DNA from: a virus | IMG/VR virus record: IMGVR_UViG_3300044617_000226 | Span: 14,989-78,988 of that record | Length of the DNA: 64,000 nt | Reading direction: 5' to 3' (one strand) | Shown here: positions 19,633-27,192 of the stretch, one piece after another | How the letters are laid out: each line of letters starts with the position of its first letter | Numbering within the stretch: the first letter of the stretch is position 1 | Program-made: the position numbers and the translations under genes | Notes under the pieces: generated by a model | What the model was told of the DNA's origin: nothing | The model's input: only the letters and a program-made list of their open reading frames with translations | Database searches by the model: none

Positions 19633-21198
19633 TCAATTTTGTGTATATGCTTTCACACACTCTTTCCAATAGTTCTTAAACTCAGGAAAGGTGAGTAAAA
19701 AGTTAGTGCCCCGTCTTTTGTCAAACTCTTTAATGAAAAGATAGAAATTTCTTTTATTTATAGACTTTTGATTTTGGGGTAAAGATTCCTTCATCACAGC
19801 CAAATCTCGCTTGACTTTAAGAATCTCATAGGGCTTGAACCCCTCGAATGTCTCAAGGTAATCATCACCCTGTACATTATCTTCCATGAACTTTAAGCAA
19901 CGCTCTACTTCTTCTATCTCTTTCTCCGTCGCATTGGTCACGCTGAACCAAGGAGGGAAACGCAGTATAGGGATGTCAAAGAACACTCTTTGGAACTTCT
20001 TTTGTGTGTAAACTTTATGCACGATTCCATGCTCTTTTTCTGTTTCAGTTTGCTCGGGCGCTATAGTGAATTCTGTCTGCGCACGACCACCGAATTCACG
20101 GCGTAGTTCCAATATCATCTCTAAGAACTTGTATAGGCTAGGGATGCTCAACAAGTTAAAAGTATTGATGAAACTCACAGTGGTATACTTTGTTTCACGC
20201 AAGAAAGTCCTGATATTATTCAGCATCCTATCAAATTCTAGGCCTGTACGCATATATTCTGCTTGTGGGCCTACACCGTCTAGTGATACGAATAACCAGA
20301 AATGCTTGAAGCCTTTGTCTACATACCAGTGATTTCCGCTGAACTCATTGAAGTTTTCCTTGTCTTCATATGTACGCAACTCTTCGATAGCCTTGACCTT
20401 CTCAAGGAACTTGTCGAATAGTTTCTGATCGGGCGGGCACATGTTGCTTGTGATGCTCAACTCAAGTTGACCATGTGGATTATTGTTCACATAGTCTAAT
20501 ACCTTGAATGTGTTCTTATCCATGAGTGGCTCACCACCTGTCATGCGGAACACACGCAACTTTCTATAGATAGTAGGCCACCATTTCCAGAATGCCTCGA
20601 CATAAGGATTTTCCTTCTGTGCTACTCTGATGGGCATGAGTCCCTTTTGTTCTAATGATGGTAGATCATTATGAACATAATTATCTAATACGAATCCGCC
20701 ATACTTTCGTACTTCTTCTTCCCATGATGTTGACAAATGTGGGCTACAATACATACACTTGAAATTACATGCTTGATTAAAGTTCACTTCAACATAGCGG
20801 GGAGTCACATCATAGTCCCAAGGATTACCGGTGACTTCATCAAATGTAGGTGCGTTCCACCATTCACTACTGCGATAATGACGATCACTCAAATGTCCTT
20901 TGGGGTCTTCACTTTGTGCGTCTTCTACTCGCCAGCAATATGCGCAGCCATCAGGGCGTTTGCCCTCAATCATCATCTTGCGCTCTGCTATCTTCTGCGG
21001 CGTGTTGTGTAGTGCGCTTGGTTGCTTTTCTAGTAATTCGACAGGTATCTTGTGTGTAGGTGGATGATAACAACTCTGTGTCAATCCTTGCGGTAAGTGT
21101 AAACTAACCTGTTGCCATTTTGCTAGGCATAAAGAAGGACTGACCGCATTTAAGCGGTCTCGCATGTCCCTAGCAAATTGATCGTATTCTCCTGCCAT
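19633..21198 (-). CDS. N-terminal Twitch radical SAM protein, subtype A
   Basis: CLAKW...SCYHPP...CAYCW; CNFKCMYC; TGGEP; SLDG. Confidence 0.9.
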   Translation of the reverse strand: MAGEYDQFARDMRDRLNAVSPSLCLAKWQQVSLHLPQGLTQSCYHPPTHKIPVELLEKQPSALHNTPQKIAERKMMIEGKRPDGCAYCWRVEDAQSEDPKGHLSDRHYRSSEWWNAPTFDEVTGNPWDYDVTPRYVEVNFNQACNFKCMYCSPHLSTSWEEEVRKYGGFVLDNYVHNDLPSLEQKGLMPIRVAQKENPYVEAFWKWWPTIYRKLRVFRMTGGEPLMDKNTFKVLDYVNNNPHGQLELSITSNMCPPDQKLFDKFLEKVKAIEELRTYEDKENFNEFSGNHWYVDKGFKHFWLFVSLDGVGPQAEYMRTGLEFDRMLNNIRTFLRETKYTTVSFINTFNLLSIPSLYKFLEMILELRREFGGRAQTEFTIAPEQTETEKEHGIVHKVYTQKKFQRVFFDIPILRFPPWFSVTNATEKEIEEVERCLKFMEDNVQGDDYLETFEGFKPYEILKVKRDLAVMKESLPQNQKSINKRNFYLFIKEFDKRRGTNFLLTFPEFKNYWKECVKAYTQN

Positions 21199-22190
21199 TA
21201 CCAGCCTTCGATCCTTCTGATCACATCCATCTCTGTGACAAGCGGTCCTAGATTATGCTTATCACTATTATAATGACGCTTGAAGAATTTGCTTTGCTCA
21301 GGTGACAATGTACAGATAGGCAAGCCTAACTTATTTTCTAAGTGCGCGCCTGCATCTTCCATAGCGACTTTAGGATCTTTACCTTCAGCATATTCTTTCC
21401 ATAACTCAGGATAGTTATCGAACCACTGAACATTTGTGTGATCCCATTCACTCAACATAGTTAAGTATGTTCCCAATCTTGCGCCATACATAGCCCAATA
21501 ACCGTTCTCAACATCACTACCAACATTCTGCCAGATAGTGAGATTATTCAAGTTTCTGCTAGCCACTGTCTCTTTGAATTCTTCTACTGTAGGTACAGCG
21601 CCTTTATTCAAGCACATCTTGACACCTTCACGAAAGCCTGCACGCCATGCTTGAAAAGGTGTATAGTTAGGATATGTTGTTGAATAGCAATCATACATAG
21701 CCCAATAGAGGCTGTCTTTGCTATCTAAACAGAAATCAGCGATTCGTGATACATCGCCTTCAGTCTGATGCTCATGTGTCTTCATCTCACGCACATAAGT
21801 CTTAGTCCAACTGCTCATGCCACCATTGCCATAACGCAGTCCATTGATAGCATTGATCGCTTTCCAGCGAAACTGTGCTAATTTGAATTTAGGATCTTTG
21901 TCTGTGAAGTCTAACTGAATGTTGAAGAAACTCTCGTCAGGCATATTGTCGCCGTCGATCAATATGAATCTTTCTGTGTCGCTTGCTTCACCTGCGGCTT
22001 TGTGTGCGGCATCGCTACCCTTGACACCGTCTACGCGCTTTGCCCAAGGAACCATGTTTTGAATTTGTAGCCAGAATTCTTCTTTCTGTGGCTCATCATA
22101 ACTTAGGTAAATGCAGTCGAGTTCTGCAACATCTACAATATCATAACTCATGTGTATGTAACTTCCATTTTTGTTGATCTGCGTAGTCAC
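21198..22190 (-). CDS. Putative GT-A-fold glycosyltransferase
   Basis: N-terminal strand DCIYLSYDEP; GVKGSDAAHKAA; hydrophobic strand plus DxD (FILIDGDN); QAWRAGFRE resembles the QxxRW-type helix. True start may be the internal Met (MSYDIV). Confidence 0.65.
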   Translation of the reverse strand: MTTQINKNGSYIHMSYDIVDVAELDCIYLSYDEPQKEEFWLQIQNMVPWAKRVDGVKGSDAAHKAAGEASDTERFILIDGDNMPDESFFNIQLDFTDKDPKFKLAQFRWKAINAINGLRYGNGGMSSWTKTYVREMKTHEHQTEGDVSRIADFCLDSKDSLYWAMYDCYSTTYPNYTPFQAWRAGFREGVKMCLNKGAVPTVEEFKETVASRNLNNLTIWQNVGSDVENGYWAMYGARLGTYLTMLSEWDHTNVQWFDNYPELWKEYAEGKDPKVAMEDAGAHLENKLGLPICTLSPEQSKFFKRHYNSDKHNLGPLVTEMDVIRRIEGW

Positions 22191-22497
22191 TATTTACTAC
22201 CACGCTGACATCTGTTTTTGCAGTAGGTTGACCTTCATCGTCTGGCTTGAGTTTAGAGTAAGTCATACCTGGAATGATCTTTTTGATCTGACCATCAACT
22301 ACTTTGATATCGTAGCGCATCTCGGCAAAAGTATTCTTATCGATTATGATATACTTGCCTTCTGGTTTTTCGCAGGTATAAAAGTCTACACTACCATCGT
22401 CTTTGTAGTATAGTCTAAATTCAACGGGTTCTGGTACAGTCTCTTCAGCCACTAGATATTCTACCCCGTTTATCTCTATTACTTTAAGTCTTTCCAT
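22141..22497 (-). CDS. Hypothetical protein (118 aa)
   Basis: Co-oriented ORF overlapping both neighbours; no motif recognised. Confidence 0.75.
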   Translation of the reverse strand: MERLKVIEINGVEYLVAEETVPEPVEFRLYYKDDGSVDFYTCEKPEGKYIIIDKNTFAEMRYDIKVVDGQIKKIIPGMTYSKLKPDDEGQPTAKTDVSVVVNSDYADQQKWKLHTHEL

Positions 22498-23287
22498 ATA
22501 CTTTTTCTATTTTACTACAAAAGTCCTTGATATGATAATGAAAAGGATACATTTGTGGTATAGTATTGACTCTTAGTGTATCAGGTAATATTTCATAGAT
22601 CAACTCATTAGTCCAATCTTCGGTCTTGAGATGGTTGATCATCTGTTTCATATGTACCATACTGAATTCGGTAAACATAGGCATCGTTGTTTTCTCTCTG
22701 CCTATGATATTGCAAGCGATGGCATATACCCAATCAGTAGTCGCTTCTTCGTCTACTTTACATTGCAGTAAAGATTTATAATCATCCCAATTCTCAAATA
22801 TATGTCTGACCAACTTGAAAAAATATTCAGCAGTTTCGCTTTTCTTGAAATAAGTTATGGCATTGTAGCAATCAGGAAGATTGTTATTGTCGATGAATTT
22901 TCTATAATATCTGACATTAGATAATTTCTGATTGTAACTTCTGATGTTAGTGCTGACTACCACATCAAGTTGTGAACAAACATCAAAATAATATTCTATA
23001 TTTTGAGGTATGAATAAGTCTGCTTCTAATTTGATAGTATGATCATATGGACTGGCTTCATATACTTGCCAGTCGTTTATCAGTTTCCACTTGCTATCTT
23101 TTGCTAGATCGCCATATGGTAATGCAATAACACTGTCAAAGTAAGGACTCGCTTCTATATCATCTGTAAGTAATGAAACATGCATGTTTGGCATAGTTTT
23201 CTTTATGCTTCTTGCCAACACTTCTGCGCATTTGATATAATCGACATCAGTGGTGTTTTGTGCTAAGACTAAAAAGCCCTTGTTCAT
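22484..23287 (-). CDS. Putative glycosyltransferase (GT8-like GT-A fold)
   Basis: Likely start MNKGFLVLAQN at 23287 (ATGA overlap with the upstream stop), not 23380. YEASPYDHTIKLEADL (ExD variant of DxD). Paralog of the neighbouring gene. Confidence 0.7.
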   Translation of the reverse strand: MNKGFLVLAQNTTDVDYIKCAEVLARSIKKTMPNMHVSLLTDDIEASPYFDSVIALPYGDLAKDSKWKLINDWQVYEASPYDHTIKLEADLFIPQNIEYYFDVCSQLDVVVSTNIRSYNQKLSNVRYYRKFIDNNNLPDCYNAITYFKKSETAEYFFKLVRHIFENWDDYKSLLQCKVDEEATTDWVYAIACNIIGREKTTMPMFTEFSMVHMKQMINHLKTEDWTNELIYEILPDTLRVNTIPQMYPFHYHIKDFCSKIEKVYGKT

Positions 23288-24096
23288 TTTGTTAACTCCA
23301 CAAATATGTCTTTGTTTATCACATGGAAGTCCATGTCTTTTAATATGATGTATTCTTTTTTGATCTTGCCGCGCATCCACTTGTCATAAATGACTGTGTA
23401 TTCTGTGCAAAATTCATCATCGTTATTTTTATAAACGAATGTCTTGGGACCTATATGTGTAAGATTCCAAGGTATGATATCTGATCTAACATCGCTATGA
23501 CCATTCACGATCCTGTGTGCTAATGTCAATCCATAATCGTTGCGGTATGTGTCGCAGGAGAACTTATGTATATTTCCATAATGACGATAGTTCTCTTGAA
23601 CCATCTTTAAACATTCAAAGATGTTTTGTACTCGTTTTGTCTTTTTGAAGCCTACTACTGTAGCCCATAATGCAGGTATCGTCAAATCATTTGAGAAATC
23701 TAAATGTTCTTTTTTATCATACCCATTCATCAAAAAATTTATTGATTCGTGGCAACAGAAATCATCCATGACATCAAAAACTTTTAATAATGAATCGCTG
23801 TTTACTACATAATCCACATCTAACAATATTGTCTCATCGTATGGGCTAAGTTCATAACTGCGGTAACGACCTTTGTTCAACCATACTCTTCCCTGAAAAG
23901 TATTATTGGGATCGCTGTCTATCGTATACACATTATCGAATTTATAACCAGTGTTAGTTGCTACAGAATTGTTATCTGTTACTATGCTTACTGGAAGATT
24001 GAGGAAGTGGTTCACACGCTTTGCAGTGAATTCTGCCATGTGATAGTAATTGTATTCTGGAGAATTGAAGGCGAAGAGCAGTACACCTTTAGTCAT
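23284..24096 (-). CDS. Putative glycosyltransferase (GT8-like GT-A fold)
   Basis: KGVLLFA; YELSPYDETILLDVDY (DxD); WATVVGF; YRNDY. Confidence 0.75.
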   Translation of the reverse strand: MTKGVLLFAFNSPEYNYYHMAEFTAKRVNHFLNLPVSIVTDNNSVATNTGYKFDNVYTIDSDPNNTFQGRVWLNKGRYRSYELSPYDETILLDVDYVVNSDSLLKVFDVMDDFCCHESINFLMNGYDKKEHLDFSNDLTIPALWATVVGFKKTKRVQNIFECLKMVQENYRHYGNIHKFSCDTYRNDYGLTLAHRIVNGHSDVRSDIIPWNLTHIGPKTFVYKNNDDEFCTEYTVIYDKWMRGKIKKEYIILKDMDFHVINKDIFVELTK

Positions 24097-24398
24097 CGTT
24101 TAGTCTCTGTCTCTTTAAACTCTTTAAGATATGCTGCCATATTTTCTTGATAAACAGATTTTAGTTTATCTAACAGAGAAAGTCTATCGACTTCTACAGG
24201 TCTATTATGCGTGTCTAATAATACAACCTTTTCACTATCAAAACTCTGTAAAAAGGTAATGGTCGTGGCGTCTGCTATCCACAAACCATTTTGATCGGCT
24301 ACTAGAAATTTGTTTTTGTATTTTTCCCTAAGGTAATCTTTAGCGGAATTATGTGCGAATCTTGCTTTTGCTTCAGATAGAAGACTTTGGATATCCAT
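24093..24398 (-). CDS. Hypothetical protein (101 aa), first gene of the tailoring operon
   Basis: AGAGG Shine-Dalgarno, late promoter directly upstream, ATGA overlap downstream. Confidence 0.8.
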   Translation of the reverse strand: MDIQSLLSEAKARFAHNSAKDYLREKYKNKFLVADQNGLWIADATTITFLQSFDSEKVVLLDTHNRPVEVDRLSLLDKLKSVYQENMAAYLKEFKETETKR

Positions 24399-24416
24399 AT
24401 AAACCTCTCTTCCGAG

Positions 24417-24424
24417 TATTTATA
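24417..24424 (-). promoter_or_regulatory. T4-type late promoter TATAAATA
   Basis: Exact gp55 consensus on the minus strand, in an intergenic gap 18 bp upstream of the 24398 start. Confidence 0.8.
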
Positions 24425-24454
24425 TGGTGCTAGACTACGCTAAAAATTAGGTGA

Positions 24455-25402
24455 TCAGGATACTACGTTAGAGCCGGCTAATGTGATAGTGCCCCAGCTA
24501 TTTGCAATATTAGTTGTTGATGGAGGAACTAAAGTACAAGTGACGCTTGATCCGCTACCTAAAGTACCGTTACCGCTGATCTTGTCGAACAAGCAATGTA
24601 CTGTAACTACTGAACCGTTGTCACCATTTGAACCTTGTACACCATTAGTTCTTGCTAGATATTGAATCTGAACAGTAGTAGTGTACGGCGCTGTACCTGA
24701 ATCTTGGTCAAAGATTGTTGTGTTTCCAGTGCTTAGTCCGAAATAACCTGAGTTAGTTGAGACTGTTGCTGAACCGCTACCGCCTGTCTTTGTTACACCG
24801 GTGTATGATGTACCTGCGATTGTGCGTGAACCTGAGTTTTGACCGCTAATGTTCAATGTACCACATGCAGTTGCCAATGTATTCATGGCTGCATTGATAC
24901 CTGCTTCAGTATTTGAGTGTGAAGCTGAAAACTTCAACTGACCGCCTGCATTAAAGAAATAACGAGCGGCATCACCGTTTGCGAATGTGCAAGTGAATGT
25001 GAAGTTCGCATAGTCTGTCCATGCTGAAACTGTTGTCTGTGTGTTTGAACTTGTAGTACCTTGAGCAGCGGCGTTGCCTTTGCTTGCCCAAATTGTTTGT
25101 AAGTTTGTAGGAATTGCGGCGATATAAGTTACTAGACCACCTGCTACCGGAGCAGTTACGCTTGTGATGCTACTGCCTTGGTGTGCCGCGGCGCTTGCTG
25201 TGTTGTTTACTAGGCTAGCCCAACTAGTAGCGGCGACCACTTGACCAGTTGCGACGTTTGCTACAGCAGTCTGACCATACCCGCCCTGACCGCTACCCGT
25301 TGCCCAAGTAGCATTCAATGTATTAGCAGTACTGGTAGGGTTACCTCCAACCAAGGTGTTAAAGTCTGTTGCTTCAATCAAATTAAATTGTGCGTAGCTC
25401 AT
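24455..25402 (-). CDS. Thr/Ser/Gly/Asn-rich virion structural (fibre-like) protein
   Basis: Composition and position in the tail block; own late-promoter motif. Confidence 0.65.
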   Translation of the reverse strand: MSYAQFNLIEATDFNTLVGGNPTSTANTLNATWATGSGQGGYGQTAVANVATGQVVAATSWASLVNNTASAAAHQGSSITSVTAPVAGGLVTYIAAIPTNLQTIWASKGNAAAQGTTSSNTQTTVSAWTDYANFTFTCTFANGDAARYFFNAGGQLKFSASHSNTEAGINAAMNTLATACGTLNISGQNSGSRTIAGTSYTGVTKTGGSGSATVSTNSGYFGLSTGNTTIFDQDSGTAPYTTTVQIQYLARTNGVQGSNGDNGSVVTVHCLFDKISGNGTLGSGSSVTCTLVPPSTTNIANSWGTITLAGSNVVS

Positions 25403-25430
25403 GTTTTAAATTCCTATCAATCTATAGTTT

Positions 25431-25438
25431 TATTTATC
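25431..25438 (-). promoter_or_regulatory. Late promoter-like GATAAATA
   Basis: Upstream of the 25402 start; same octamer precedes several structural genes. Confidence 0.6.
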
Positions 25439-26384
25439 TTATTATGACGATTGCTTCGACCTCACCCAAGTCTTGGGTAGCCTTGTCTTCTAGACTTCGT
25501 CCTATAGTGTTAAATGCTGTGGCCTCACCATTTTTAGCTGATCTTGCGGTACCTTCGCCCGCGCTTACTAGACGATCACCCTTGGCTACTGTGCCTATAA
25601 CTTTGACTTTTACTCGTCCGGATACTGCTACAGCAGGGTGTGTCTTATCTGATCCTGCCCCTGCGTTCATGAGATATGCGGCTGTGTTTGATATAACCCC
25701 GAACACATCTTCACTTAATTCATAGCGTACTGCTCTGATCTCTTTTTGACCGCCCAATTCTACTACTGTACCCGGAGACAATTCTGTTTCTGATTCAAAT
25801 CTCTCAGCCAAGTCAGCGTATGTCGCTTCCATTCTGGAGTTTCCTACTAAAGACCATGTACCTGTGATAGTACCTGCAGTAGTGTTTCCGCCGGTCGTAA
25901 TCACAGAAGTCAAAACTGTAGTAGCATTTGCTATCGTGCAATTGATGTTACCTGCGTTGACATTTCCTGATGCTGTAAGACCTACAGTTGCGATATTACC
26001 TGAAACAGACAGATTACCGGCTGCGGACATGTCACCGCCTACCGTCAAGTCTGAACCTATCGATACATTACCGAAACTTGTAGTACCAGTTGAACTAGTT
26101 GCAGTCAATACTAACCAGTTGCTAGTAATTGTTTCGCCATCTGATGGGCATACGCAAAGAGTATTGTTGTTGGTATTAAACCATAACTGACCGCGTATTG
26201 GATTTGGGGGAGGGGTGCTGTCTGCGAAATTCTCTAAGACATGCACGAAATTAGTGTCAAGCACTTGGCCGTATCCTGCGTAGTTACGACCAGGAAGCCC
26301 TAAAGAAGTACTTGTTGTGTTAATTTGTCCGTCAGCGATGGTTGTAAGTACTTGTCCGTCGCTTTTAACAATCGTATATGCCAT
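25434..26384 (-). CDS. Tail fibre-like protein with C-terminal intramolecular-chaperone / peptidase G2-like domain
   Basis: N-terminal LPGRNYAGYG...ENFA...PPNPIRGQLWF fibre motif; glycine-rich beta repeats; C-terminal YADLAERF...GTVV...GVIS...SGRVKVKV...KGDRLVS...IGRSLED. Confidence 0.7.
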   Translation of the reverse strand: MAYTIVKSDGQVLTTIADGQINTTSTSLGLPGRNYAGYGQVLDTNFVHVLENFADSTPPPNPIRGQLWFNTNNNTLCVCPSDGETITSNWLVLTATSSTGTTSFGNVSIGSDLTVGGDMSAAGNLSVSGNIATVGLTASGNVNAGNINCTIANATTVLTSVITTGGNTTAGTITGTWSLVGNSRMEATYADLAERFESETELSPGTVVELGGQKEIRAVRYELSEDVFGVISNTAAYLMNAGAGSDKTHPAVAVSGRVKVKVIGTVAKGDRLVSAGEGTARSAKNGEATAFNTIGRSLEDKATQDLGEVEAIVIIR

Positions 26385-26404
26385 AGTTTATTATCCGCTA
26401 ATTT

Positions 26405-26412
26405 TATTTATC
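26405..26412 (-). promoter_or_regulatory. Late promoter-like GATAAATA
   Basis: Intergenic, upstream of the 26384 start. Confidence 0.65.
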
Positions 26413-26413
26413 A

Positions 26414-27028
26414 TCACAAAGTTATCTGATTTGTGAGGCTTTGTATTCTCACTGTATAGTCAATCTGTATCTGACGGTTCAATGATTTCTGCACTGGGTG
26501 GAATATGACATGGGTCAACAATCGTGTTATGATGTTTCCATCACTGTCAGTTCCATAATTTGCAAGTAATCCCAATTCGTCAAAAATGTAATCTGAGTCA
26601 GTCTGTGTGCTGTTATCGAATGCTCCTTGACCTGAAGGCTCACCGTAATCTAACAAACACTGCACTAAGATATCTGTGTACAATCTACCTGAAGTATGAT
26701 TGACAGTCATCTTGTTTCTTGTAGGGTCTTGGTTGAAGACGCTGGTATCGTCAACGATCTTAGCATAGGTTTCGTTATAAAGAGCGGCGTTTTGCCCTGT
26801 TGTATTGGGCGGCAGATATGTAATGATACCTGTTTCGTCTACGCTAGCACCACCGTTGCCGAAGGCCATTTGATAAATCTCGCCGAACCCGCGATTGCTA
26901 AGTGTGTCGGCAAGAGCCTCACTCATATTTTCATAATTGATGGCATTTTTCTTATCTACGAATACTTCCAAACTATTTGGATCATAGATTTTCAAAAATC
27001 CCTCAATCTTATAAGATAGTGTTATCAT
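26414..27028 (-). CDS. Baseplate/tail-fibre attachment-type structural protein
   Basis: MAFGNGG...FDELGLL...LLTHVIFHPVQKS...IDYTVRI resembles tail-fibre N-terminal/collar domains; position in the tail block. Confidence 0.6.
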   Translation of the reverse strand: MITLSYKIEGFLKIYDPNSLEVFVDKKNAINYENMSEALADTLSNRGFGEIYQMAFGNGGASVDETGIITYLPPNTTGQNAALYNETYAKIVDDTSVFNQDPTRNKMTVNHTSGRLYTDILVQCLLDYGEPSGQGAFDNSTQTDSDYIFDELGLLANYGTDSDGNIITRLLTHVIFHPVQKSLNRQIQIDYTVRIQSLTNQITL

Positions 27029-27192
27029 TAATCGTCAGCCCTCTTTTGCACAAAAACTTCCTTTGTGTTAGGATCATAAATCTTTATATGTGACGACAGA
27101 TAAACCCCGTTATTTTCATTGGGTTTCTTGGGCTGGATTTCCGGCTTTTTATCGTCTGATTCCGATTTTTTTCCTACAGAATTATTTATCAT
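27028..27192 (-). CDS. 54-aa protein MINNSVGKKSESDDKKPEIQPKKPNENNGVYLSSHIKIYDPNTKEVFVQKRADD
   Basis: Hand-translated. Starts immediately after the giant gene's stop and ends in a TAATG overlap with the next gene, whose N-terminus it resembles. Confidence 0.7.
   Translation of the reverse strand: MINNSVGKKSESDDKKPEIQPKKPNENNGVYLSSHIKIYDPNTKEVFVQKRADD
27183..27190 (-). promoter_or_regulatory. Late promoter-like GATAAATA
   Basis: At the junction after the giant gene, overlapping the first codons of the small ORF. Confidence 0.5.

Noticed and set aside
10351-21198. Assigning the radical SAMs to QueE/7-deazaguanine, MoaA, NrdG or anaerobic sulfatase maturase
   Set aside because: Domain order differs (Twitch is N-terminal) and no partner genes (queC, queD, folE, dpdA, moaC, nrdD, sulfatase) are in the window.
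5162-24398. Bacterial biosynthetic island or host contamination
   Set aside because: Co-oriented and contiguous with phage tail genes, headed by a phage late promoter, with no transporter, regulator, integrase or transposase.
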